Origin: Auanema rhodensis
Taxonomy: Eukaryota; Animalia; Nematoda
DNA length: 64,000 bases
Reading direction: 5' to 3'
NCBI GenBank assembly: GCA_964057225.1
Contig: CAXKVF010000087.1
Coordinates: 162,936-226,935, forward strand
The notes under the pieces are model-generated. The model was not told where the DNA came from. It saw nothing but the letters and a program-made list of their open reading frames with translations, and ran no database searches. The position numbers were made by a program, and so were the translations under genes. Of this stretch, positions 14,257-29,392 are shown in pieces; within the stretch, counting starts at the first letter, position 1, and each line of letters opens with the position of its first letter.

Positions 14257-15664
14257 GTAACCATGACTTTGAAATTTACGTGAACTTTAATTTATGCTAA
14301 TTAAATGTACACGTGATGTGCACTTGGTATGTAACTCGCTTCACGTGAAAGATAAAGAGATGCGGTTTTCAAAATTAGATTCCCCATGTCCATATTAGTC
14401 TAAAAACAAATTTTTATTGATATTGGTGCATGGTAACCATGACTTTGAAATTTACGTGAACTTTAATTTATGCTAATTAAATGTACACGTGATGTGCACT
14501 TGGTATGTAACTCGCTTCACGTGAAAGATAAAGAGATGCGGTTTTCAAAATTAGATTCCCCATGTCCATATTAGTCTAAAAACAAATTTTTATTGATATT
14601 GGTGCATGGTACCCATGACTTTGAAATTTACGTGAACTTTAATTTATGCTAATTAAATGTACACGTGATGTGCACTTGGTATGTAACTCGCTTCACGTGA
14701 AAGATAAAGAGATGCGGTTTTCAAAATTAGATTCCCCATGTCCATATTAGTCTAAAAACAAATTTTTATTGATATTGGTTCATGGTAACCATGACTTTGA
14801 AATTTACGTGAACTTTAATTTATGCTAATTAAATGTACAGGTGATGTGCACTTGGTATGTAACTCGCTTCACGTGAAAGATAGAGAGATGCGGTTTTCAA
14901 AATTAGATTCCCCATGTCCATATTAGTCTAAAAACAAATTTTTATTGATATTGGTTCATGGTAACCATGACTTTGAAATTTACGTGAACTTTAATTTATG
15001 CTAATTAAATGTACACGTGATGTGCACTTGGTATGTAACTCGCTTCACGTGAAAGATAAAGAGATGCGGTTTTCAAAATTAGATTCCCCATGTCCATATT
15101 AGTCTAAAAACAAATTTTTATTGATATTGGTGCATGGTAACCATGACTTTGAAATTTACGTGAACTTTAATTTATGCTAATTAAATGTACACGTGATGTG
15201 CACTTGGTATGTAACTCGCTTCACGTGAAAGATAAAGAGATGCGGTTTTCAAAATTAGATTCCCCATGTCCATATTAGTCTAAAAACAAATTTTTATTGA
15301 TATTGGTGCATGGTACCCATGACTTTGAAATTTACGTGAACTTTAATTTATGCTAATTAAATGTACACGTGATGTGCACTTGGTATGTAACTCGCTTCAC
15401 GTGAAAGATAAAGAGATGCGGTTTTCAAAATTAGATTCCCCATGTCCATATTAGTCTAAAAACAAATTTTTATTGATATTGGTTCATGGTAACCATGACT
15501 TTGAAATTTACGTGAACTTTAATTTATGCTAATTAAATGTACAGGTGATGTGCACTTGGTATGTAACTCGCTTCACGTGAAAGATAGAGAGATGCGGTTT
15601 TCAAAATTAGATTCCCCATGTCCATATTAGTCTAAAAACAAATTTTTATTGATATTGGTTCATG
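14257..15664 (+). repeat. 4-mer (704 bp) tandem duplication
   Basis: A4C (GGTACCC) at 14612/15316; C56G at 14840/15544, each in a monomer that also carries A99G. Confidence 0.9.
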
Positions 15665-18600
15665 GTAACCATGACTTTGAAATTTACGTGAACTTTAATT
15701 TATGCTAATTAAATGTACACGTGATGTGCACTTGGTATGTAACTCGCTTCACGTGAAAGATAAAGAGATGCGGTTTTCAAAATTAGATTCCCCATGTCCA
15801 TATTAGTCTAAAAACAAATTTTTATTGATATTGGTTCATGGTAACCATGACTTTGAAATTTACGTGAACTTTAATTTATGCTAATTAAATGTACACGTGA
15901 TGTGCACTTGGTATGTAACTCGCTTCACGTGAAAGATAAAGAGATGCGGTTTTCAAAATTAGATTCCCCATGTCCATATTAGTCTAAAAACAAATTTTTA
16001 TTGATATTGGTGCATGGTAACCATGACTTTGAAATTTACGTGAACTTTAATTTATGCTAATTAAATGTACACGTGATGTGCACTTGGTATGTAACTCGCT
16101 TCACGTGAAAGATAAAGAGATGCGGTTTTCAAAATTAGATTCCCCATGTCCATATTAGTCTAAAAACAAATTTTTATTGATATTGGTTCATGGTAACCAT
16201 GACTTTGAAATTTACGTGAACTTTAATTTATGCTAATTAAATGTACACGTGATGTGCACTTGGTATGTAACTCGCTTCACGTGAAAGATAAAGAGATGCG
16301 GTTTTCAAAATTAGATTCCCCATGTCCATATTAGTCTAAAAACAAATTTTTATTGATATTGGTGCATGGTAACCATGACTTTGAAATTTACGTGAACTTT
16401 AATTTATGCTAATTAAATGTACACGTGATGTGCACTTGGTATGTAACTCGCTTCACGTGAAAGATAAAGAGATGCGGTTTTCAAAATTAGATTCCCCATG
16501 TCCATATTAGTCTAAAAACAAATTTTTATTGATATTGGTGCATGGTAACCATGACTTTGAAATTTACGTGAACTTTAATTTATGCTAATTAAATGTACAC
16601 GTGATGTGCACTTGGTATGTAACTCGCTTCACGTGAAAGATAAAGAGATGCGGTTTTCAAAATTAGAATCCCCATGTCCATATTAGTCTAAAAACAAATT
16701 TTTATTGATATTGGTTCATGGTAACCATGACTTTGAAATTTACGTGAACTTTAATTTATGCTAATTAAATGTACACGTGATGTGCACTTGGTATGTAACT
16801 CGCTTCACGTGAAAGATAAAGAGATGCGGTTTTCAAAATTAGATTCCCCATGTCCATATTAGTCTAAAAACAAATTTTTATTGATATTGGTTCATGGTAA
16901 CCATGACTTTGAAATTTACGTGAATTTTAATTTATGCTAATTAAATGTACACGTGATGTGCACTTGGTATGTAACTCGCTTCACGTGAAAGATAAAGAGA
17001 TGCGGTTTTCAAAATTAGATTCCCCATGTCCATATTAGTCTAAAAACAAATTTTTATTGATATTGGTTCATGGTAACCATGACTTTGAAATTTACGTGAA
17101 CTTTAATTTATGCTAATTAAATGTACACGTGATGTGCACTTGGTATGTAACTCGCTTCACGTGAAAGATAAAGAGATGCGGTTTTCAAAATTAGATTCCC
17201 CATTTCCATATTAGTCTAAAAACAAATTTTTATTGATATTGGTGCATGGTAACCATGACTTTGAAATTTACGTGAACTTTAATTTATGCTAATTAAATGT
17301 ACACGTGATGTGCACTTGGTATGTAACTCGCTTCACGTGAAAGATGAAGAGATGCGGTTTTCAAAATTAGATTCCCCATGTCCATATTAGTCTAAAAACA
17401 AATTTTTATTGATATTGGTTCATGGTAACCATGACTTTGAAATTTACGTGAACTTTAATTTATGCTAATTAAATGTACACGTGATGTGCACTTGGTATGT
17501 AACTCGCTTCACGTGAAAGATAAAGAGATGCGGTTTTCAAAATTAGATTCCCCATGTCCATATTAGTCTAAAAACAAATTTTTATTGATATTGGTTCATG
17601 GTAACCATGACTTTGAAATTTACGTGAACTTTAATTTATGCTAATTAAATGTACACGTGATGTGCACTTGGTATGTAACTCGCTTCACGTGAAAGATAAA
17701 GAGATGCGGTTTTCAAAATTAGATTCCCCATGTCCATATTAGTCTAAAAACAAATTTTTATTGATATTGGTGCATGGTAACCATGACTTTGAAATTTACG
17801 TGAACTTTAATTTATGCTAATTAAATGTACACGTGATGTGCACTTGGTATGTAACTCGCTTCACGTGAAAGATAAAGAGATGCGGTTTTCAAAATTAGAT
17901 TCCCCATGTCCATATTAGTCTAAAAACAAATTTTTATTGATATTGGTTCATGGTAACCATGACTTTGAAATTTACGTGAACTTTAATTTATGCTAATTAA
18001 ATGTACACGTGATGTGCACTTGGTATGTAACTCGCTTCACGTGAAAGATAAAGAGATGCGGTTTTCAAAATTAGATTCCCCATGTCCATATTAGTCTAAA
18101 AACAAATTTTTATTGATATTGGTGCATGGTAACCATGACTTTGAAATTTACGTGAACTTTAATTTATGCTAATTAAATGTACACGTGATGTGCACTTGGT
18201 ATGTAACTCGCTTCACGTGAAAGATAAAGAGATGCGGTTTTCAAAATTAGATTCCCCATGTCCATATTAGTCTAAAAACAAATTTTTATTGATATTGGTG
18301 CATGGTAACCATGACTTTGAAATTTACGTGAACTTTAATTTATGCTAATTAAATGTACACGTGATGTGCACTTGGTATGTAACTCGCTTCACGTGAAAGA
18401 TAAAGAGATGCGGTTTTCAAAATTAGAATCCCCATGTCCATATTAGTCTAAAAACAAATTTTTATTGATATTGGTTCATGGTAACCATGACTTTGAAATT
18501 TACGTGAACTTTAATTTATGCTAATTAAATGTACACGTGATGTGCACTTGGTATGTAACTCGCTTCACGTGAAAGATAAAGAGATGCGGTTTTCAAAATT

Positions 18601-19184
18601 AGATTCCCCATGTCCATATTAGTCTAAAAACAAATTTTTATTGATATTGGTTCATGGTAACCATGACTTTGAAATTTACGTGAATTTTAATTTATGCTAA
18701 TTAAATGTACACGTGATGTGCACTTGGTATGTAACTCGCTTCACGTGAAAGATAAAGAGATGCGGTTTTCAAAATTAGATTCCCCATGTCCATATTAGTC
18801 TAAAAACAAATTTTTATTGATATTGGTTCATGGTAACCATGACTTTGAAATTTACGTGAACTTTAATTTATGCTAATTAAATGTACACGTGATGTGCACT
18901 TGGTATGTAACTCGCTTCACGTGAAAGATAAAGAGATGCGGTTTTCAAAATTAGATTCCCCATTTCCATATTAGTCTAAAAACAAATTTTTATTGATATT
19001 GGTGCATGGTAACCATGACTTTGAAATTTACGTGAACTTTAATTTATGCTAATTAAATGTACACGTGATGTGCACTTGGTATGTAACTCGCTTCACGTGA
19101 AAGATGAAGAGATGCGGTTTTCAAAATTAGATTCCCCATGTCCATATTAGTCTAAAAACAAATTTTTATTGATATTGGTTCATG
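15665..19184 (+). repeat. 10-mer (1760 bp) tandem duplication
   Basis: T124A at 16668/18428, C29T at 16925/18685, G132T at 17204/18964, A98G at 17346/19106. The junction-allele string T,G,T,G,G,T,T,T,G,T occurs twice. Confidence 0.92.
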
Positions 19185-20944
19185 GTAACCATGACTTTGA
19201 AATTTACGTGAACTTTAATTTATGCTAATTAAATGTACACGTGATGTGCACTTGGTATGTAACTCGCTTCACGTGAAAGATAAAGAGATGCGGTTTTCAA
19301 AATTAGATTCCCGATGTCCATATTAGTCTAAAAACAAATTTTTATTGATATTGGTGCATGGTAACCATGACTTTGAAATTTACGTGAACTTTAATTTATG
19401 CTAATTAAATGTACACGTGATGTGCACTTGGTATGTAACTCGCTTCACGTGAAAGATAAAGAGATGCGGTTTTCAAAATTAGATTCCCCATGTCCATATT
19501 AGTCTGAAAACAAATTTTTATTGATATTGGTTCATGGTAACCATGACTTTGAAATTTACGTGAACTTTAATTTATGCTAATTAAATGTACACGTGATGTG
19601 CACTTGGTATGTAACTCGCTTCACGTGAAAGATAAAGAGATGCGGTTTTCAAAATTAGATTCCCCATGTCCATATTAGTCTAAAAACAAATTTTTATTGA
19701 TATTGGTGCATGGTAACCATGACTTTGAAATTTACGTGAACTTTAATTTATGCTAATTAAATGTACACGTGATGTGCACTTGGTATGTAATTCGCTTCAC
19801 GTGAAAGATAAAGAGATGCGGTTTTCAAAATTAGATTCCCCATGTCCATATTAGTCTAAAAACAAATTTTTATTGATATTGGTTCATGGTAACCATGACT
19901 TTGAAATTTACGTGAACTTTAATTTATGCTAATTAAATGTACACGTGATGTGCACTTGGTATGTAACTCGCTTCACGTGAAAGATAAAGAGATGCGGTTT
20001 TCAAAATTAGATTCCCCATTTCCATATTAGTCTAAAAACAAATTTTTATTGATATTGGTGCATGGTAACCATGACTTTGAAATTTACGTGAACTTTAATT
20101 TATGCTAATTAAATGTACACGTGATGTGCACTTGGTATGTAACTCGCTTCACGTGAAAGATGAAGAGATGCGGTTTTCAAAATTAGATTCCCCATGTCCA
20201 TATTAGTCTAAAAACAAATTTTTATTGATATTGGTTCATGGTAACCATGACTTTGAAATTTACGTGAACTTTAATTTATGCTAATTAAATGTACACGTGA
20301 TGTGCACTTGGTATGTAACTCGCTTCACGTGAAAGATAAAGAGATGCGGTTTTCAAAATTAGATTCCCGATGTCCATATTAGTCTAAAAACAAATTTTTA
20401 TTGATATTGGTGCATGGTAACCATGACTTTGAAATTTACGTGAACTTTAATTTATGCTAATTAAATGTACACGTGATGTGCACTTGGTATGTAACTCGCT
20501 TCACGTGAAAGATAAAGAGATGCGGTTTTCAAAATTAGATTCCCCATGTCCATATTAGTCTGAAAACAAATTTTTATTGATATTGGTTCATGGTAACCAT
20601 GACTTTGAAATTTACGTGAACTTTAATTTATGCTAATTAAATGTACACGTGATGTGCACTTGGTATGTAACTCGCTTCACGTGAAAGATAAAGAGATGCG
20701 GTTTTCAAAATTAGATTCCCCATGTCCATATTAGTCTAAAAACAAATTTTTATTGATATTGGTGCATGGTAACCATGACTTTGAAATTTACGTGAACTTT
20801 AATTTATGCTAATTAAATGTACACGTGATGTGCACTTGGTATGTAATTCGCTTCACGTGAAAGATAAAGAGATGCGGTTTTCAAAATTAGATTCCCCATG
20901 TCCATATTAGTCTAAAAACAAATTTTTATTGATATTGGTTCATG
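18833..20944 (+). repeat. 6-mer (1056 bp) tandem duplication overlapping the 10-mer
   Basis: G132T at 18964/20020, A98G at 19106/20162, C129G at 19313/20369, A146G at 19506/20562, C79T at 19791/20847. Confidence 0.92.
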
Positions 20945-22176
20945 GTAACCATGACTTTGAAATTTACGTGAACTTTAATTTATGCTAATTAAATGTACAC
21001 GTGATGTGCACTTGGTATGTAACTCGCTTCACGTGAAAGATAAAGAGATGCGGTTTTCAAAATTAGATTCCCCATGTCCATATTAGTCTAAAAACAAATT
21101 TTTATTGATATTGCTTCATGGTAACCATGACTTTGAAATTTACGTGAACTTTAATTTATGCTAATTAAATGTACACGTGATGTGCACTTGGTATGTAACT
21201 CGCTTCACGTGAAAGATAAAGAGATGCGGTTTTCAAAATTAGATTCCCCATGTCCATATTAGTCTAAAAACAAATTTTTATTGATATTGGTTCATGGTAA
21301 CCATGACTTTGAAATTTACGTGAACTTTTATTTATGCTAATTAAATGTACACGTGATGTGCACTTGGTATGTAACTCGCTTCACGTGAAAGATAAAGAGA
21401 TGCGGTTTTCAAAATTAGATTCCCCATGTCCATATTAGTCTGAAAACAAATTTTTATTGATATTGGTGCATGGTAACCATGACTTTGAAATTTACGTGAA
21501 CTTTAATTTATGCTAATTAAATGTACACGTGATGTGCACTTGGTATGTAACTCGCTTCACGTGAAAGATAAAGAGATGCGGTTTTCAAAATTAGATTCCC
21601 CATGTCCATATTAGTCTAAAAACAAATTTTTATTGATATTGGTTCATGGTAACCATGACTTTGAAATTTACGTGAACTTTAATTAATGCTAATTAAATGT
21701 ACACGTGATGTGCACTTGGTATGTAACTCGCTTCACGTGAAAGATAAAGAGATGCGGTTTTCAAAATTAGATTCCCCATGTCCATATTAGTCTAAAAACA
21801 AATTTTTATTGATATTGGTTCATGGTAACCATGACTTTGAATTTTACGTGAACTTTAATTTATGCTAATTAAATGTACACGTGATGTGCACTTGGTATGT
21901 AACTCGCTTCACGTGAAAGATAAAGAGATGCGGTTTTCAAAATTAGATTCCCCATTTCCATATTAGTCTAAAAACAAATTTTTATTGATATTGGTGCATG
22001 GTAACCATGACTTTGAAATTTACGTGAACTTTAATTTATGCTAATTAAATGTACACGTGATGTGCACTTGGTATGTAACTCGCTTCACGTGAAAGATGAA
22101 GAGATGCGGTTTTCAAAATTAGATTCCCCATGTCCATATTAGTCTAAAAACAAATTTTTATTGATATTGGTTCATG

Positions 22177-23232
22177 GTAACCATGACTTTGAAATTTACG
22201 TGAACTTTAATTTATGCTAATTAAATGTACACGTGATGTGCACTTGGTATGTAACTCGCTTCACGTGAAAGATAAAGAGATGCGGTTTTCAAAATTAGAT
22301 TCCCGATGTCCATATTAGTCTAAAAACAAATTTTTATTGATATTGGTGCATGGTAACCATGACTTTGAAATTTACGTGAACTTTAATTTATGCTAATTAA
22401 ATGTACACGTGATGTGCACTTGGTATGTAACTCGCTTCACGTGAAAGATAAAGAGATGCGGTTTTCAAAATTAGATTCCCGATGTCCATATTAGTCTAAA
22501 AACAAATTTTTATTGATATTGGTGCATGGTAACCATGACTTTGAAATTTACGTGAACTTTAATTTATGCTAATTAAATGTACACGTGATGTGCACTTGGT
22601 ATGTAACTCGCTTCACGTGAAAGATAAAGAGATGCGGTTTTCAAAATTAGATTCCCCATGTCCATATTAGTCTGAAAACAAATTTTTATTGATATTGGTT
22701 CATGGTAACCATGACTTTGAAATTTACGTGAACTTTAATTTATGCTAATTAAATGTACACGTGATGTGCACTTGGTATGTAACTCGCTTCACGTGAAAGA
22801 TAAAGAGATGCGGTTTTCAAAATTAGATTCCCGATGTCCATATTAGTCTAAAAACAAATTTTTATTGATATTGGTGCATGGTAACCATGACTTTGAAATT
22901 TACGTGAACTTTAATTTATGCTAATTAAATGTACACGTGATGTGCACTTGGTATGTAACTCGCTTCACGTGAAAGATAAAGAGATGCGGTTTTCAAAATT
23001 AGATTCCCGATGTCCATATTAGTCTAAAAACAAATTTTTATTGATATTGGTGCATGGTAACCATGACTTTGAAATTTACGTGAACTTTAATTTATGCTAA
23101 TTAAATGTACACGTGATGTGCACTTGGTATGTAACTCGCTTCACGTGAAAGATAAAGAGATGCGGTTTTCAAAATTAGATTCCCCATGTCCATATTAGTC
23201 TGAAAACAAATTTTTATTGATATTGGTTCATG
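22177..23232 (+). repeat. 3-mer (528 bp) tandem duplication
   Basis: C129G at 22305, 22481 and again at 22833, 23009; A146G at 22674/23202. Confidence 0.9.
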
Positions 23233-26200
23233 GTAACCATGACTTTGAAATTTACGTGAACTTTAATTTATGCTAATTAAATGTACACGTGATGTGCACT
23301 TGGTATGTAACTCGCTTCACGTGAAAGATAAAGAGATGCGGTTTTCAAAATTAGATTCCCCATGTCCATATTAGTCTAAAAACAAATTTTTATTGATATT
23401 GGTGCATGGTAACCATGACTTTGAAATTTACGTGAACTTTAATTTATGCTAATTAAATGTACACGTGATGTGCACTTGGTATGTAATTCGCTTCACGTGA
23501 AAGATAAAGAGATGCGGTTTTCAAAATTAGATTCCCCATGTCCATATTAGTCTAAAAACAAATTTTTATTGATATTGGTTCATGGTAACCATGACTTTGA
23601 AATTTACGTGAACTTTAATTTATGCTAATTAAATGTACACGTGATGTGCACTTGGTATGTAACTCGCTTCACGTGAAAGATAAAGAGATGCGGTTTTCAA
23701 AATTAGATTCCCCATGTCCATATTAGTCTAAAAACAAATTTTTATTGATATTGCTTCATGGTAACCATGACTTTGAAATTTACGTGAACTTTAATTTATG
23801 CTAATTAAATGTACACGTGATGTGCACTTGGTATGTAACTCGCTTCACGTGAAAGATAAAGAGATGCGGTTTTCAAAATTAGATTCCCCATGTCCATATT
23901 AGTCTAAAAACAAATTTTTATTGATATTGGTTCATGGTAACCATGACTTTGAAATTTACGTGAACTTTTATTTATGCTAATTAAATGTACACGTGATGTG
24001 CACTTGGTATGTAACTCGCTTCACGTGAAAGATAAAGAGATGCGGTTTTCAAAATTAGATTCCCCATGTCCATATTAGTCTGAAAACAAATTTTTATTGA
24101 TATTGGTGCATGGTAACCATGACTTTGAAATTTACGTGAACTTTAATTTATGCTAATTAAATGTACACGTGATGTGCACTTGGTATGTAACTCGCTTCAC
24201 GTGAAAGATAAAGAGATGCGGTTTTCAAAATTAGATTCCCCATGTCCATATTAGTCTAAAAACAAATTTTTATTGATATTGGTTCATGGTAACCATGACT
24301 TTGAAATTTACGTGAACTTTAATTAATGCTAATTAAATGTACACGTGATGTGCACTTGGTATGTAACTCGCTTCACGTGAAAGATAAAGAGATGCGGTTT
24401 TCAAAATTAGATTCCCCATGTCCATATTAGTCTAAAAACAAATTTTTATTGATATTGGTTCATGGTAACCATGACTTTGAATTTTACGTGAACTTTAATT
24501 TATGCTAATTAAATGTACACGTGATGTGCACTTGGTATGTAACTCGCTTCACGTGAAAGATAAAGAGATGCGGTGTTCAAAATTAGATTCCCCATGTCCA
24601 TATTAGTCTAAAAACAAATTTTTATTGATATTGGTTCATGGTAACCATGACTTTGAAATTTACGTGAACTTTAATTAATGCTAATTAAATGTACACGTGA
24701 TGTGCACTTGGTATGTAACTCGCTTCACGTGAAAGATAAAGAGATGCGGTTTTCAAAATTAGATTCCCCATGTCCATATTAGTCTAAAAACAAATTTTTA
24801 TTGATATTGCTTCATGGTAACCATGACTTTGAAATTTACGTGAACTTTAATTTATGCTAATTAAATGTACACGTGATGTGCACTTGGTATGTAACTCGCT
24901 TCACGTGAAAGATAAAGAGATGCGGTTTTCAAAATTAGATTCCCCATGTCCATATTAGTCTAAAAACAAATTTTTATTGATATTGGTTCATGGTAACCAT
25001 GACTTTGAATTTTACGTGAACTTTAATTTATGCTAATTAAATGTACACGTGATGTGCACTTGGTATGTAACTCGCTTCACGTGAAAGATAAAGAGATGCG
25101 GTTTTCAAAATTAGATTCCCCATGTCCATATTAGTCTAAAAACAAATTTTTATTGATATTGGTTCATGGTAACCATGACTTTGAAATTTACGTGAACTTT
25201 AATTAATGCTAATTAAATGTACACGTGATGTGCACTTGGTATGTAACTCGCTTCACGTGAAAGATAAAGAGATGCGGTTTTCAAAATTAGATTCCCCATG
25301 TCCATATTAGTCTAAAAACAAATTTTTATTGATATTGGTTCATGGTAACCATGACTTTGAATTTTACGTGAACTTTAATTTATGCTAATTAAATGTACAC
25401 GTGATGTGCACTTGGTATGTAACTCGCTTCACGTGAAAGATAAAGAAATGCGATTTTCAAAATTAGATTCCCCATGTCCATATTAGTCTAAAAACAAATT
25501 TTTATTGATATTGGTTCATGGTAACCATGACTTTGAAATTTACGTGAACTTTAATTTATGCTAATTAAATGTACACGTGATGTGCACTTGGTATGTAACT
25601 CGCTTCACGTGAAAGATAAAGAGATGCGGTTTTCAAAATTAGATTCCCCATGTCCATATTAGTCTAAAAACAAATTTTTATTGATATTGGTTCATGGTAA
25701 CCATGACTTTGAAATTTACGTGAACTTTAATTTATGCTAATTAAATGTACACGTGATGTGCACTTGGTATGTAACTCGCTTCACGTGAAAGATAAAGAGA
25801 TGCGGTTTTCAAAATTAGATTCCCCATGTCCATATTAGTCTAAAAACAAATTTTTATTGATATTGGTTCATGGTAACCATGACTTTGAAATTTACGTGAA
25901 CTTTAATTTATGCTAATTAAATGTACACGTGATGTGCACTTGGTATGTAACTCGCTTCACGTGAAAGATAAAGAGATGCGGTTTTCAAAATTAGATTCCC
26001 CATGTCCATATTAGTCTAAAAACAAATTTTTATTGATATTGGTGCATGGTAACCATGACTTTGAAATTTACGTGAACTTTAATTTATGCTAATTAAATGT
26101 ACACGTGATGTGCACTTGGTATGTAACTCGCTTCACGTGAAAGATAAAGAGATGCGGTTTTCAAAATTAGATTCCCCATGTCCATATTAGTCTAAAAACA

Positions 26201-28864
26201 AATTTTTATTGATATTGGTGCATGGTAACCATGACTTTGAAATTTACGTGAACTTTAATTTATGCTAATTAAATGTACACGTGATGTGCACTTGGTATGT
26301 AACTCGCTTCACGTGAAAGATAAAGAGATGCGGTTTTCAAAATTAGATTCCCCATGTCCATATTAGTCTGAAAACAAATTTTTATTGATATTGGTTCATG
26401 GTAACCATGACTTTGAAATTTACGTGAACTTTAATTTATGCTAATTAAATGTACACGTGATGTGCACTTGGTATGTAACTCGCTTCACGTGAAAGATAAA
26501 GAGATGCGGTTTTCAAAATTAGATTCCCCATGTCCATATTAGTCTAAAAACAAATTTTTATTGATATTGGTGCATGGTAACCATGACTTTGAAATTTACG
26601 TGAACTTTAATTTATGCTAATTAAATGTACACGTGATGTGCACTTGGTATGTAATTCGCTTCACGTGAAAGATAAAGAGATGCGGTTTTCAAAATTAGAT
26701 TCCCCATGTCCATATTAGTCTAAAAACAAATTTTTATTGATATTGGTTCATGGTAACCATGACTTTGAAATTTACGTGAACTTTAATTTATGCTAATTAA
26801 ATGTACACGTGATGTGCACTTGGTATGTAACTCGCTTCACGTGAAAGATAAAGAGATGCGGTTTTCAAAATTAGATTCCCCATGTCCATATTAGTCTAAA
26901 AACAAATTTTTATTGATATTGCTTCATGGTAACCATGACTTTGAAATTTACGTGAACTTTAATTTATGCTAATTAAATGTACACGTGATGTGCACTTGGT
27001 ATGTAACTCGCTTCACGTGAAAGATAAAGAGATGCGGTTTTCAAAATTAGATTCCCCATGTCCATATTAGTCTAAAAACAAATTTTTATTGATATTGGTT
27101 CATGGTAACCATGACTTTGAAATTTACGTGAACTTTTATTTATGCTAATTAAATGTACACGTGATGTGCACTTGGTATGTAACTCGCTTCACGTGAAAGA
27201 TAAAGAGATGCGGTTTTCAAAATTAGATTCCCCATGTCCATATTAGTCTGAAAACAAATTTTTATTGATATTGGTGCATGGTAACCATGACTTTGAAATT
27301 TACGTGAACTTTAATTTATGCTAATTAAATGTACACGTGATGTGCACTTGGTATGTAACTCGCTTCACGTGAAAGATAAAGAGATGCGGTTTTCAAAATT
27401 AGATTCCCCATGTCCATATTAGTCTAAAAACAAATTTTTATTGATATTGGTTCATGGTAACCATGACTTTGAAATTTACGTGAACTTTAATTAATGCTAA
27501 TTAAATGTACACGTGATGTGCACTTGGTATGTAACTCGCTTCACGTGAAAGATAAAGAGATGCGGTTTTCAAAATTAGATTCCCCATGTCCATATTAGTC
27601 TAAAAACAAATTTTTATTGATATTGGTTCATGGTAACCATGACTTTGAATTTTACGTGAACTTTAATTTATGCTAATTAAATGTACACGTGATGTGCACT
27701 TGGTATGTAACTCGCTTCACGTGAAAGATAAAGAGATGCGGTGTTCAAAATTAGATTCCCCATGTCCATATTAGTCTAAAAACAAATTTTTATTGATATT
27801 GGTTCATGGTAACCATGACTTTGAAATTTACGTGAACTTTAATTAATGCTAATTAAATGTACACGTGATGTGCACTTGGTATGTAACTCGCTTCACGTGA
27901 AAGATAAAGAGATGCGGTTTTCAAAATTAGATTCCCCATGTCCATATTAGTCTAAAAACAAATTTTTATTGATATTGCTTCATGGTAACCATGACTTTGA
28001 AATTTACGTGAACTTTAATTTATGCTAATTAAATGTACACGTGATGTGCACTTGGTATGTAACTCGCTTCACGTGAAAGATAAAGAGATGCGGTTTTCAA
28101 AATTAGATTCCCCATGTCCATATTAGTCTAAAAACAAATTTTTATTGATATTGGTTCATGGTAACCATGACTTTGAATTTTACGTGAACTTTAATTTATG
28201 CTAATTAAATGTACACGTGATGTGCACTTGGTATGTAACTCGCTTCACGTGAAAGATAAAGAGATGCGGTTTTCAAAATTAGATTCCCCATGTCCATATT
28301 AGTCTAAAAACAAATTTTTATTGATATTGGTTCATGGTAACCATGACTTTGAAATTTACGTGAACTTTAATTAATGCTAATTAAATGTACACGTGATGTG
28401 CACTTGGTATGTAACTCGCTTCACGTGAAAGATAAAGAGATGCGGTTTTCAAAATTAGATTCCCCATGTCCATATTAGTCTAAAAACAAATTTTTATTGA
28501 TATTGGTTCATGGTAACCATGACTTTGAATTTTACGTGAACTTTAATTTATGCTAATTAAATGTACACGTGATGTGCACTTGGTATGTAACTCGCTTCAC
28601 GTGAAAGATAAAGAAATGCGATTTTCAAAATTAGATTCCCCATGTCCATATTAGTCTAAAAACAAATTTTTATTGATATTGGTTCATGGTAACCATGACT
28701 TTGAAATTTACGTGAACTTTAATTTATGCTAATTAAATGTACACGTGATGTGCACTTGGTATGTAACTCGCTTCACGTGAAAGATAAAGAGATGCGGTTT
28801 TCAAAATTAGATTCCCCATGTCCATATTAGTCTAAAAACAAATTTTTATTGATATTGGTTCATG
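23057..28864 (+). repeat. Block of about 15 monomers duplicated at an 18-mer (3168 bp) offset
   Basis: A146G at 23202/26370, C79T at 23487/26655, A33T at 23969/27137, T111G at 24575/27743, G109A at 25453/28621. Confidence 0.9.
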
Positions 28865-29392
28865 GTAACCATGACTTTGAAATTTACGTGAACTTTAATT
28901 AATGCTAATTAAATGTACACGTGATGTGCACTTGGTATGTAACTCGCTTCACGTGAAAGATAAAGAGATGCGGTTTTCAAAATTAGATTCCCCATGTCCA
29001 TATTAGTCTAAAAACAAATTTTTATTGATATTGGTTCATGGTAACCATGACTTTGAATTTTACGTGAACTTTAATTTATGCTAATTAAATGTACACGTGA
29101 TGTGCACTTGGTATGTAACTCGCTTCACGTGAAAGATAAAGAAATGCGATTTTCAAAATTAGATTCCCCATGTCCATATTAGTCTAAAAACAAATTTTTA
29201 TTGATATTGGTTCATGGTAACCATGACTTTGAAATTTACGTGAACTTTAATTTATGCTAATTAAATGTACACGTGATGTGCACTTGGTATGTAACTCGCT
29301 TCACGTGAAAGATAAAGAGATGCGGTTTTCAAAATTAGATTCCCCATGTCCATATTAGTCTAAAAACAAATTTTTATTGATATTGGTTCATG

